64,000 nt of DNA from NCBI GenBank assembly GCA_050331735.1, contig JBHJGN010000004.1:1-64000 (forward strand), read 5' to 3'. Shown one piece after another: positions 8,705 to 17,900 of this stretch. The stretch's first letter is position 1, and each line of letters opens with the position of its first letter. Both the position numbers and the translations under genes were made by a program. The DNA is from Cyanophyceae cyanobacterium. Its GTDB lineage: Bacteria; Cyanobacteriota; Cyanobacteriia; Cyanobacteriales; JBHJGN01. The notes under the pieces were generated by a model. It searched no databases and had not been told where the DNA came from. It worked only from the letters and a program-made list of their open reading frames with translations.

Positions 8705-11068
8705 CTAAGCGTTAGGAGAGCGTCGAGCGACATTAAACTGATCGTAGATCTCCTCGAATAACTGGTGCATTCGCTGGCCGATTTTTGTGTTTTTCGAGGC
8801 AGAGCGAGCCACTAGTTCTTGAAAATCTGCTTTCACATCGTAGTCTCTGGCGGGAGCTGTGGTCAGGTCTTGCATCCATGTAGTGTGGAGAGTGAGACCC
8901 CAATTGAGGTAAGGATGACTGAGCTTGTAGAGCGGTCCCTGAGCTAAATTGTCGGCATCGAAAATCCAAACAGCGCTGTTGTCTGACCAGTTTTGAGCAG
9001 GAGAGGAATGGTGCTGACTGCGGTAGTGGTCGGAATAGACAATATCGCAGAGCAGGTAGCCCCCCTTGATTTGATCGCCTCCGCGAGGAATAAATACCGG
9101 AGAGTTGACGATATAGCCCGGGGAAAATTCGTAGCGGTCGGCCACTCGGAGGATGGCTTCGCTTTGACCAAAGTCCTCCCGCTTCAGGGCCTCCCGAAGC
9201 TGTTGGCGATTCAAGCGGACGCGAGTGAGGAACGTGGGGTTTGGTTGGGCGAGGGCTTTGTAGATTTCTGAGGCGGGAACTTGGCGATATTGATAGTGGC
9301 GATAGAGTTCGTAGACCCGCTGGGTAAACAGCCGCGGTCCTGCTGCCCCAGCTACCCAGTAGAGGTCGGTAAACTGCTGAGTGGGAACGTCATCTCGATA
9401 GGCGAAGAGGCCCAAAAACATGCTGTACTGGAGAGCTTCTTGCAGCTCTAGTTCGTACTTGCGGACTGTGTTGGCGACGGGATCGATCGCAACGGTTGCT
9501 GGACTGTTGACATCTACCGGGGCCGAAAACATGCCGGGGAGGAGTTCGGTGCCGTGAACGGGCTGATCGCTTCGAGAAATAAATTCAGAAGGATCGGTGG
9601 CGTAGGTCATCGCTGGATGCAGCACAATGTGGCCATCGGTTTCCCGGTAGTCGGTGACGAAGTGGGCAAACTCCCCGGCTACTGTAAAAGGCTGCGCCAC
9701 GATAGAGTCACCGGGTTGGACGCGCTCAAGCTGTTCGCGAGCAATGACATAGACATAGGTATCCGGGGACTGAGGACCGTCTAGCCGACTTTTGAGCCAC
9801 TGGTATTCGTGGTTCGAGTGGAGTTGTTCGTACTCTTGCGCAAATACTCGGGAGGCGGTTTGCTCTTTCTCAGCCGCTTCCTGTTCGGATGCTGCTTCGG
9901 GATCGCCTTCTACTTTCCCTAGCCAGCGCCGGAGGGTGCGAATTGAAGCGCTGGGTAGCATATCGGCGAGGGAGAGCTTAAAGGCTGTATCTACTAGAAC
10001 AAGATAGTTTTCGGTTAGCCCCATCGTATGGCACGATTGCCGGATGTTCAGCGCCTTGCCGGTGGGCAGCACCACTGGCCACTGCTGAAACTGTTCCTCA
10101 ACTTTTCCAGCGCGAGTTTCTCCTTGCCACCGAGCTAGATACGCCTTGTTTCTGCCAAACACGCCCGGAAGAAAGAAGTTGAGGCCATCGAGCAGCAGGT
10201 CAACGAGTTCTAGGACGAGTTCGCCGATGACTTCCCACCAGTTAAATCGGGACTTTTCTCCGGTGGCTCGGTAGGAGAACGGAACGCGTAGGAGAGAGTT
10301 GAGGGACTTCTGTACGTTGACGAGGAACAGTTGGTGCGAGTGGGGATCGTAGCAGGGATGCGCCCCGGTCATTACGCCCTGGAAGGGAAACGAGGGGACG
10401 AGGGAGATTTTGAGCAACGGCTTCCAGTCAGCGTTTAACCCCACCGGAGCGAGGGTTTGGAGCGAGGCGGGATCGACTTCGTAGGGACGGCTGGCATCGT
10501 TGGTGACAATCAGGCGATCGCACGGATCGCCGTGCAGCTTCATAGGCTGAAGTCCGGTATTAACCTGGTTGCAGATCCCCAAGCGGAGCGAGAACCGCGC
10601 TACACCCAGATTGAAGAAGCGAAAGCTCCAGAACCGGGAGCGTTTGTTGGTGGTGCGATCGCCATACGTAAGTTTGTCGGCGTAGTAGGAAGGCGGTTTG
10701 ACTAGGCGAGTGGTGAGCCACACTTTCCCTAGCTCGCACTTGGTCGGCGTTTGATGAAAGTCGAACCGATACAGCATGCCGTCCCCGTTAAGGATCGGAA
10801 CGGACTGATTTGCTTTGTTATCAGAATCCGGGAGCATTACCGTCTCCGGCTCAGCCCCAGGAATTCTATCCGAGGCCACCGAGCCAACGGGACCAACGAT
10901 AAAGGCGTGACCCTGCAAATCTTCTGGCAATCGACCAGGAACGTAGGTTACTTCTCCATCCGGGGTTTCGGTTCGCTCTAGAATGGTTAATTCCAGTTCA
11001 TCGTACTCTTCTCTAGCACAGGAAAGAATCGCTTTAGGAAAACCCGGTTTAGCTTGAGAGGCTTGCAT
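8705..11068 (-). CDS. Carotenoid oxygenase (RPE65/CCD/LSD) family protein, about 787 aa
   Basis: GRLPEDLQG, NGDGMLYRFDF, PYEVDPASLQT; four candidate Fe-binding His (GAHP, SCHT, FAHF, TLHTTW); the ORF-track N-terminus is repeat-derived, so the start is placed at ATG 11068. Confidence 0.85.
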   Translation of the reverse strand: MQASQAKPGFPKAILSCAREEYDELELTILERTETPDGEVTYVPGRLPEDLQGHAFIVGPVGSVASDRIPGAEPETVMLPDSDNKANQSVPILNGDGMLYRFDFHQTPTKCELGKVWLTTRLVKPPSYYADKLTYGDRTTNKRSRFWSFRFFNLGVARFSLRLGICNQVNTGLQPMKLHGDPCDRLIVTNDASRPYEVDPASLQTLAPVGLNADWKPLLKISLVPSFPFQGVMTGAHPCYDPHSHQLFLVNVQKSLNSLLRVPFSYRATGEKSRFNWWEVIGELVLELVDLLLDGLNFFLPGVFGRNKAYLARWQGETRAGKVEEQFQQWPVVLPTGKALNIRQSCHTMGLTENYLVLVDTAFKLSLADMLPSASIRTLRRWLGKVEGDPEAASEQEAAEKEQTASRVFAQEYEQLHSNHEYQWLKSRLDGPQSPDTYVYVIAREQLERVQPGDSIVAQPFTVAGEFAHFVTDYRETDGHIVLHPAMTYATDPSEFISRSDQPVHGTELLPGMFSAPVDVNSPATVAIDPVANTVRKYELELQEALQYSMFLGLFAYRDDVPTQQFTDLYWVAGAAGPRLFTQRVYELYRHYQYRQVPASEIYKALAQPNPTFLTRVRLNRQQLREALKREDFGQSEAILRVADRYEFSPGYIVNSPVFIPRGGDQIKGGYLLCDIVYSDHYRSQHHSSPAQNWSDNSAVWIFDADNLAQGPLYKLSHPYLNWGLTLHTTWMQDLTTAPARDYDVKADFQELVARSASKNTKIGQRMHQLFEEIYDQFNVARRSPNA

Positions 11069-11125
11069 GGCAATGTTTTTTGACTTAGGTGCTACAAAAA
11101 TTCTAAGACTGGGAAAAGTATTATC

Positions 11126-11170
11126 TCCCTTTCCCCTTTCCCCTTTTCCCGCGCCGATGGCGCTCTCCCC
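11126..11170. repeat. TTTCCCC tract with GCGCC-GAT-GGCGC hairpin
   Basis: Seen directly between the upstream TpsA-like stop and the oxygenase start. Confidence 0.75.
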
Positions 11171-11176
11171 ATTCAA

Positions 11177-13444
11177 CTAATTGGACGCTCTCGCTGCTCC
11201 CTTGGCTGCGAGATGCTGGCATCCTTGGGGCGGCGTTATTCCTTGAGGAGTGGCAATGTTAGCTTGAGCCGTGAGAATTACGTTACCATCGGCCTTTCTG
11301 ACCCATCCGTGAGCTTCAATAATTGTGTCTTGAGTTCCCTGTGGTTGAGCGGGGGAGGGTTGTATTGGATCAGGTGACGGCTCTACGGTTGATGGCTCGA
11401 TGTCTTCAGCAATCCGCCAATCTTCCCAAGTATCATCAGAGCTAAAAGTTGTGTTAGGAGACTCTGGTAAACCGCCACGTCCGGTGACAGAAAACTCACT
11501 GCCGCCATGTCCCGTTGCACAAAGATTGCGGTCAATAATGCGAGCAACGTTAATTACTTCTTGCGGTAATTCAGCACGTTCTTCATTGAGTTCGGCTTCT
11601 GGCGTATTGATTTCTACAATGCCGTCTAAGCCAAACTGAGAGCTAGCCGTAATATCATTCAGCAGAGGATTGTCTTCTTCTCGTTCTTCGATTCCGAATA
11701 TACCTTGAGCTGTAATAGTAATGTTTCCTCCACTCCCATTAAAAGCATCAGCTCTAATATCGCTATTTTCTGAGGGAATCGCTACGAGTAAGTTAGTATC
11801 AATATTAATGTCGCCGCCGTCACCACCAGCGCCTTCAGTGCCTGCCGTCGTCGAGATGAGGCTGTTGTTACGTAAAAGTAATAACTCCTGCAATTTTATG
11901 TCAATATTGCCACCATCACCTGAAGAGGTCTCAGCAGTGAGTGTGCCTCTATCTAGTTCAGCAGAGCGAGCGGAAACTTTTAATGTACCTGCTCTCCCCC
12001 CTCCCGTATTGGCGACGCTGATTTTTGCTCCATCTTTAACTACTAACTGCTCAGTATCAATTCTTAAATCTCCAGCAGGCGCAGGAGTCTCACCCAGAAC
12101 AAACAAGCCACTAGTACTTTCATCTAAACTTTGTCCGCTTACTTCTACTGATTTAGAACTGTTGATTTGAATTGTTCCTGCACTACCTGTCTCGAAAGCA
12201 GAAGAATCTAGCTGTCCACCCTTTATAATACTTAGTTTCTCCGTGTCAATTATTATGTTTCCGGCACGACCGCTTCCAGAAGACTGAGTAGATATTCTGC
12301 TTAGAGCTGAGCCACCACTTATTTCTATAGATTCATCGGCATCTACAGTTATATTGCCTCCTCTTGCACTAGATTCAGTTTGCGCTTCTATAGCTGCATT
12401 ATCTCGAATAATAAGCTTGCCCGCTTCAATCCTTATATCACCTGCACTCTGATCGCCGAAAGTTGAGGCAGACACACTACTCTCGCCACTCAATTCTAAA
12501 GATTCAGAAGCATCAAACATAATGTTTCTACCTGGTTGTACACCGAAATTAAATGCAAGGATATTAGATCTACCTATAATTTCAATTTTTTTACCATGAA
12601 ATTGCATTGCTCCAGCTCCATTACCACTGGTATTTACAAAGGCTCCTTGAGAAAGTTGAATATCACCAAAGTCTTGGACATTTTCGTATTTTATTGTCCA
12701 TCCTTCAGAAGTCGGCTTCAAGCTAACGGGACTGGAACTAGCAATACTTCCAATTTCAACTCTTCCTTCTTGAGCTGTTAATATACCACCTTCTAAAAAA
12801 ACATCCCCACCTACGAGGGCTATAGTTTTACCTGGCTGTACCTGAAGACCAACAGGCACTCCATCCTGCTCTCCAACATCAGCGAAGACGAAACTACCTA
12901 TTGCCTGAGAAAGATTAGTAATACTCCTCGGATTTTCTCCAAACTGCAAGCCCGTAGGTACACTAATAGTTAATTGAGGTTGATCTTGGACATTAATAGC
13001 GTCGAAGAAAGTGCTGTCTTTAAACGTAAGACCGCTAGCTGTACTAGCTAAAAAGGAACCACCAATTTTTAGTGAAGCATTAGGGCCAAAAACAATACCG
13101 CTCGGATTAATGAGAAGCAAGTTAGCATTGCCTTCTGCTTTAACTAAACCATTAATATTAGAAGGTAGCCCTCCAGTTACACGACTAATAATGTTCTGAA
13201 TGTCTGTGGCATTCTTGAAAAGAGCTGAGCCTCCATTCGGTAAAGAGAAGTTGTCAAAGCTATGGAAAAGGTTATTCCCTTTTCGGCGACCACCAGTAAT
13301 GGAAAAATTATTGTTCTCCAATGGTTTTACATTAGTTTGTAGAGTGCCATCACTGTTAACTTGTACTGATTGCGCTTGCGCAGGTCTAGTTTTAGTTAGA
13401 CAAAGGATAAAGGTAGCAGCAAGAAAGAACAAAGACTTTTTCAT
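11177..13444 (-). CDS. Second filamentous-haemagglutinin-family (TpsA-like) protein
   Basis: Signal peptide MKKSLFF...AQA; NLFHSFDNF, IISRVTGG, LINPSGIVFG; same C-terminal domain as the 5956-8556 paralogue. Confidence 0.9.
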   Translation of the reverse strand: MKKSLFFLAATFILCLTKTRPAQAQSVQVNSDGTLQTNVKPLENNNFSITGGRRKGNNLFHSFDNFSLPNGGSALFKNATDIQNIISRVTGGLPSNINGLVKAEGNANLLLINPSGIVFGPNASLKIGGSFLASTASGLTFKDSTFFDAINVQDQPQLTISVPTGLQFGENPRSITNLSQAIGSFVFADVGEQDGVPVGLQVQPGKTIALVGGDVFLEGGILTAQEGRVEIGSIASSSPVSLKPTSEGWTIKYENVQDFGDIQLSQGAFVNTSGNGAGAMQFHGKKIEIIGRSNILAFNFGVQPGRNIMFDASESLELSGESSVSASTFGDQSAGDIRIEAGKLIIRDNAAIEAQTESSARGGNITVDADESIEISGGSALSRISTQSSGSGRAGNIIIDTEKLSIIKGGQLDSSAFETGSAGTIQINSSKSVEVSGQSLDESTSGLFVLGETPAPAGDLRIDTEQLVVKDGAKISVANTGGGRAGTLKVSARSAELDRGTLTAETSSGDGGNIDIKLQELLLLRNNSLISTTAGTEGAGGDGGDINIDTNLLVAIPSENSDIRADAFNGSGGNITITAQGIFGIEEREEDNPLLNDITASSQFGLDGIVEINTPEAELNEERAELPQEVINVARIIDRNLCATGHGGSEFSVTGRGGLPESPNTTFSSDDTWEDWRIAEDIEPSTVEPSPDPIQPSPAQPQGTQDTIIEAHGWVRKADGNVILTAQANIATPQGITPPQGCQHLAAKGAARASN

Positions 13445-13764
13445 GTACAATCTATGTGTTATTTAAAGCTTAAATTACAAGCTAAAGACAATAAACCTCT
13501 TCTGCCACTTTCCGTTATTTCAAATTAATACAAAATTTTTAAAGTCAACCGGCTCAACTTGAGCTATTGGTCGTCAAAATTTCTCCTCCTGAGCGCCGCA
13601 AAAAATTTCTATTGAGAAATAACTAAGCGAGCGCTTAGTGGATAAAGGTTACAAGGTTTAGAAATCGCCAGGAGTTTCGGAGTCTGACAGAAAAGAGACA
13701 ATGTATGTGGCAGCTCGAATTCTCGAATTAATGAGTAATGCCAAGAAGTAGTGGTGATTTATTA

Positions 13765-13998
13765 TCATCCTGATACGTTGCAAATTTGGCAAGGAAGGAA
13801 TCTTAATCGTTTATAATACTCGCCATTTATTGCTTGAGTGCAATTAGGTCGTACTTGACAATCGAAATTTAAATTTAGAGGCGTAAAAACAAGTATTGCT
13901 CCTCCTATCGTTATTAACATGATAGCTATTACTGCCATTATTAAAAATCCATTCCGGATGCGATTTCTTTGCTGTTGAAATTCATTGTTAGTCATCAT
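13765..13998 (-). CDS. Small single-TM hypothetical protein with four Cys
   Basis: AGGAG RBS upstream; hydrophobic helix followed by CQVRPNC...CQIC. Confidence 0.5.
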   Translation of the reverse strand: MMTNNEFQQQRNRIRNGFLIMAVIAIMLITIGGAILVFTPLNLNFDCQVRPNCTQAINGEYYKRLRFLPCQICNVSG

Positions 13999-14848
13999 AT
14001 TTTTCTCCTGATTACCCTAAAATATCGAGTCGATTCAATGCAGCCTCAAATTAGCAAGAAGGTTTTCTACTGTGAAATTGATCAATCATAGACTTCTCAG
14101 AGATTTTTTCCCGGAAAGTTTACGATTTGATTCAACTTCTGGCTTTCCCTGTTTGTCGTGGGGGTAGGGCTTAAAACAGTGTTCACCACCACCTCTATCT
14201 CTTACTCATTGAACAACTCTTTATTTTATGCAAGCAAGCAAAAAAATGTTTGCTTTTTGCAACAGTCTATTTTGCAAAAATTGCTTGAGTAGAAAGGTTC
14301 AGAAATAGTTGCCTATCTCAGTAAAATCAGCATTCTTGAAAAAGCGATCGCCTTCTGCTGCTCCAGCGCTTAACTACAGGAAAGCATACAGCATGAAGGC
14401 TAGATAGAATTTTCTAGAAAAATTCGTGATTTGCGTCAATCACAACTCAGAGTCTTTCAGAATACCTCTATTACGTCAACAGGGAAAATAAACTGTATGA
14501 GCTACTCAGTAGCCAATTAGACGAATTATCTTCAGCATTAAACGGTCAGATTGGGTTTGCTGATTTTTTGTCCGTTTTGCACTACTAACTAATACTAATC
14601 GCGATCGCCAACCGGGTATAGTCACTACTCTTATAGGTCCGAGTCTAGCTGACTATGTAAATTATTCACAGCACCAATTGTCAAGCGTGGCTGACTAGGG
14701 ACAAAGTCTCGTTAGCCAATTTACAGTCACCTTCCTGCTTGTTCTCTTGCTTTAATCTGTCTTTGTCCCAGATGAATGTGCCTTACCTGATAGCGCGATC
14801 GCTCTAAGGTTTGCTCAGCTCGAATAACCAGGAACTACTAAACAAACA

Positions 14849-14878
14849 TTGACCGATTGGTATAAGTCGTGCTAGATT
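14849..14878 (+). promoter_or_regulatory. Promoter of the TetR gene with overlapping operator-like box
   Basis: TTGACC-N18-TAGATT; imperfect palindrome TTGACCGATTGGTATAA over the -35. Confidence 0.55.
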
Positions 14879-14910
14879 AAAACTATCGTTAAACACCAAG
14901 CAGATTCTCC

Positions 14911-15501
14911 ATGACTCGCGGTCCCGATAAGCAATTTGATACAGAAGTGGCCTTATCTAAAGCTATGGAAGTGTTTTGGGCGCACGGCTACGAAGCCGCT
15001 AGCCTATCCGAATTGCTCAAAAACATGGGGATTGGCAAAAAAAGCCTGTACGATACCTTTGGTAACAAGCAGTCGCTGTTCCTCAAAGCACTAGCGTACT
15101 ACGCTCAGACAACAATTCGGGAGCTTCGCGATCGCCTGACGGCAGAGGGCTCTGCGATGACCAACCTCAAGCACCTGCTTGAGGAATGGCAGCAAATGCA
15201 CAGCCAGCCGGAGAGCTGTGGCTGTATGCTCGGCACCAATATTGCCGACTTCAACACCAGCGACAAAGCAATTGCCAAAGTGCTGCGGGAGTATCTACGG
15301 CAGGTAGAAGACAGTTTTTATATTGCCCTCACCCGTGCCCAAAAGCAAGGGGAACTTAGTTCTACAGTCGATCCACGAAATTTAGCTCGTTTGCTCCTCT
15401 GTACCACACAGGGAATGGCGCTGCTGAGTCGTGTGCTCGAGGACGATACGACGTTAGAAGGAACGGTGCAAGGGATATTATCCCTTCTGGAGAAAAACTA
15501 A
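14911..15501 (+). CDS. TetR/AcrR-family regulator (NemR/ComR-like)
   Basis: FWAHGYEAASLSELLKNMGIGKKSLYDTFGNK HTH; GCMLGT motif. Confidence 0.92.
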   Translation: MTRGPDKQFDTEVALSKAMEVFWAHGYEAASLSELLKNMGIGKKSLYDTFGNKQSLFLKALAYYAQTTIRELRDRLTAEGSAMTNLKHLLEEWQQMHSQPESCGCMLGTNIADFNTSDKAIAKVLREYLRQVEDSFYIALTRAQKQGELSSTVDPRNLARLLLCTTQGMALLSRVLEDDTTLEGTVQGILSLLEKN

Positions 15502-15559
15502 ATATTCACACAGCAGTAATTTCGAGTGCTGCGTTCAGCCAGCTAAACTTTTTTGCCCT

Positions 15560-15583
15560 AACTTTGACCAAATGTTCAAAGTT
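15560..15583. promoter_or_regulatory. Palindromic operator upstream of the SDR gene
   Basis: AACTTTGA-CCAAATGT-TCAAAGTT; core TTGACC-N4-GTTCAA resembles the 14849 box. Confidence 0.55.
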
Positions 15584-15604
15584 TTTGATTAAAACTATGG
15601 AGGT

Positions 15605-16354
15605 ATGACCATGAATCGCCTACAGAACAAAACGGCTGTCGTTACTGGTGGAACCACCGGAATCGGCTTTGAAACTGCCAAGCAGTTTATTGACCAAGGA
15701 GCCACCGTGATCATTACCGGACAGAACAAAGAACGATTGCATACAGCCGCCGCAGCACTGGGACGAGCCATTCCGGTGCAGGCCGATGTGCGTTCCCTGA
15801 CGGATTTAGACACGTTAGCAACCCAAGTAGAAGCACACCTTGGCAAGCTAGATATTCTCTTTGCCAACGCGGGTATTGGCTCCTTTGCGTCTCTCGATAC
15901 CATCGATGAAGCTTTCTACGATAACCAGTTTGATATCAACGTCAAAGGAGTGTTTTTCACGGTACAGAAACTAGCGCGACTGCTCAATGAAGGGGCGAGC
16001 GTGATTCTCAATGCTTCTGCCGTCAACGAAAAAGGGATGGCGATGGGCAGCGTTTACTTTGCGACCAAAGCGGCGGTGCGCTCCTTAGCCCGGTCCCTAG
16101 CGGCGGAACTGGGCGAGCGAAAAATCCGCGTTAATGCCATCAGTCCTGGATTAGTGATGACTAATTTTCAGAGTAAAGGAATGTCTCCAGAATTAATCGA
16201 TGGATTCGCAGAATACGTCACTAATGCTGCTCCTTTAAGGAGATTAGGTCAACAGGAAGAGATTGCCTCTGCTGTCACTTTTCTAGCCAGCGATCAGTCC
16301 TCGTACATGACTGCTGCCGATCTGGTCGTGGATGGCGGCTTCATGAATGTTTAG
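15605..16354 (+). CDS. Short-chain dehydrogenase/reductase
   Basis: TGGTTGIG, NAG, YFATK (YxxxK), IRVNAISPG; GGAGG RBS. Confidence 0.93.
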   Translation: MTMNRLQNKTAVVTGGTTGIGFETAKQFIDQGATVIITGQNKERLHTAAAALGRAIPVQADVRSLTDLDTLATQVEAHLGKLDILFANAGIGSFASLDTIDEAFYDNQFDINVKGVFFTVQKLARLLNEGASVILNASAVNEKGMAMGSVYFATKAAVRSLARSLAAELGERKIRVNAISPGLVMTNFQSKGMSPELIDGFAEYVTNAAPLRRLGQQEEIASAVTFLASDQSSYMTAADLVVDGGFMNV

Positions 16355-16560
16355 GGTTTGTCCCTCACTCAGCCTCGCTGCGGAAGAAGCTGGAGCAAGA
16401 TTATTGCTCTAGTCGTAAACAAGCTCAAATGTTTACAGCAGCGATCGCTGCTGTGAATCAACAAACTCTTTCTACAAATCTATCGTCACTGGCGCAACGC
16501 TCGCGCCTATACCCGGCACGATCCCTCCCGCTAGAAGTATTATGCGTCGCGGTTTTGCTC

Positions 16561-16593
16561 AAAAAAAGCTCTCCCAACTGAGGGAGAGCTTTT
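16561..16593. terminator. Intrinsic terminator of psbA, possibly bidirectional
   Basis: AAAAGCTCTCCC-N6-GGGAGAGCTTTT with A7 on the left. Confidence 0.85.
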
Positions 16594-16621
16594 CTGTCTT
16601 CTATAAATTCAAATTCAGTTC

Positions 16622-17704
16622 TTAGCCATTGATAGAGGGAGCCGTCAGAGCAACCGTCTGGGCCTCAGCACTAGCCAAGTCTAAGGGGAAGTTGTGAGCA
16701 TTGCGCTCGTGCATCACCTCGAAACCCAGGTTCGCCCGGTTGAGCACGTCCGCCCAGGTGTTGATCACTCGTCCCTGAGAGTCCAGGATGCTCTGGTTGA
16801 AGTTGAACCCGTTGAGGTTGAACGCCATCGTGGAGATTCCTAACGCGGTGAACCAGATGCCAATCACCGGCCAAGCGCCCAAGAAGAAGTGCAGGGCACG
16901 AGAGTTGTTGAAGGACGCATACTGGAAGATCAGTCTTCCGAAGTAGCCGTGCGCAGCAACGATGTTGTAGGTCTCTTCTTCTTGTCCAAACTTGTAGCCG
17001 TAGTTCTGTGATTCACTCTCGGTGGTCTCTCTGACTAAGCTCGAGGTCACGAGGGAACCGTGCATCGCAGAGAATAGTGCTCCCCCAAATACACCAGCGA
17101 CTCCCAGCATGTGGAACGGGTGCATCAGGATGTTGTGCTCGGCTTGGAACACGAACATGAAGTTGAAGGTTCCTGAGATGCCCAGTGGCATTCCGTCACT
17201 GAAGGAGCCTTGTCCAATCGGATAGATCAGGAACACGGCGGTGGCTGCCGCGACTGGGGCGCTGTAGGCGACACAAATCCACGGACGCATTCCGAGGCGG
17301 TACGATAGTTCCCACTCCCGTCCCATGTAGCAGAATACTCCAATCAGGAAGTGGAAGACTACGAGCTGGTACGGTCCTCCGTTGTACAGCCATTCGTCTA
17401 GGCTGGCTGCTTCCCATATTGGGTAGAAGTGCAGTCCAATGGCGTTGGATGAGGGGACTACGGCTCCGGAAATGATGTTGTTTCCGTAGAGTAAGGAGCC
17501 GGCAACTGGTTCGCGGATGCCGTCTATGTCTACTGGCGGCGCGGCGATGAAGGCGATGATGAAGCAGATGGTGGCTGATAGCAGGGTGGGAATCATCAAT
17601 ACTCCGAACCAGCCTACGTAGAGGCGGTTCTCTGTTGATGTGACCCACTGACAGAACTGCTCCCACAAGCTGGCGCTCGAGCGCTGTTGTATGGTAGTTG
17701 TCAT
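16622..17704 (-). CDS. psbA: Photosystem II D1 protein, Glu130 (D1:2-type)
   Basis: Canonical 360-aa D1; MGREWELS; D170, E189, H332, E333, D342, A344 ligands present; 16-aa C-terminal extension. Confidence 0.99.
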   Translation of the reverse strand: MTTTIQQRSSASLWEQFCQWVTSTENRLYVGWFGVLMIPTLLSATICFIIAFIAAPPVDIDGIREPVAGSLLYGNNIISGAVVPSSNAIGLHFYPIWEAASLDEWLYNGGPYQLVVFHFLIGVFCYMGREWELSYRLGMRPWICVAYSAPVAAATAVFLIYPIGQGSFSDGMPLGISGTFNFMFVFQAEHNILMHPFHMLGVAGVFGGALFSAMHGSLVTSSLVRETTESESQNYGYKFGQEEETYNIVAAHGYFGRLIFQYASFNNSRALHFFLGAWPVIGIWFTALGISTMAFNLNGFNFNQSILDSQGRVINTWADVLNRANLGFEVMHERNAHNFPLDLASAEAQTVALTAPSING

Positions 17705-17797
17705 TGGTAAATAATTGCTGTTGATTTGAATAATCTTGACAAAGAAAATGAGAATGATTTGTCAAGGGCGTGATGCTTTTGTTGCTTCACAGTATTA

Positions 17798-17836
17798 ACA
17801 TTAACAACTCTGAAAAGTTTTGTCAAGTTTTGTAAC
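17798..17836 (-). promoter_or_regulatory. psbA promoter with HLR1-like direct repeat
   Basis: TTGACA (17821-17826)-N17-TAATGT (17798-17803); GTTACAAA-AC-TTGACAAA overlaps the -35. Confidence 0.7.
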
Positions 17837-17900
17837 GAAGATCGAGCTGTTTGACGGCTGTTTTTACAAACTTGAATAGACTGAGAGACTCTCCCCGAGG

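Noticed and set aside
11069..11176. N-terminal 36 aa of the 823-aa ORF (MNGESAIGAGKGERGKG...)
   Set aside because: TTG start reading through the intergenic repeat; ATG 11068 is more plausible
14000..14840. Possible ncRNA in the long intergenic region (GGGACAAAG / CTTTGTCCC pair at 14698-14769)
   Set aside because: A single 9-bp pair with no recognisable RNA family; an Rfam scan or RNA-seq would be needed
16491..16560. Possible IS200/IS605 end remnant (GGCGC-AACGCTC-GCGCC...)
   Set aside because: Vague resemblance only; no tnpA/tnpB or second end
17196..17765. 189-aa ORF overlapping psbA
   Set aside because: Alternative frame of a highly biased gene; no recognisable motifs
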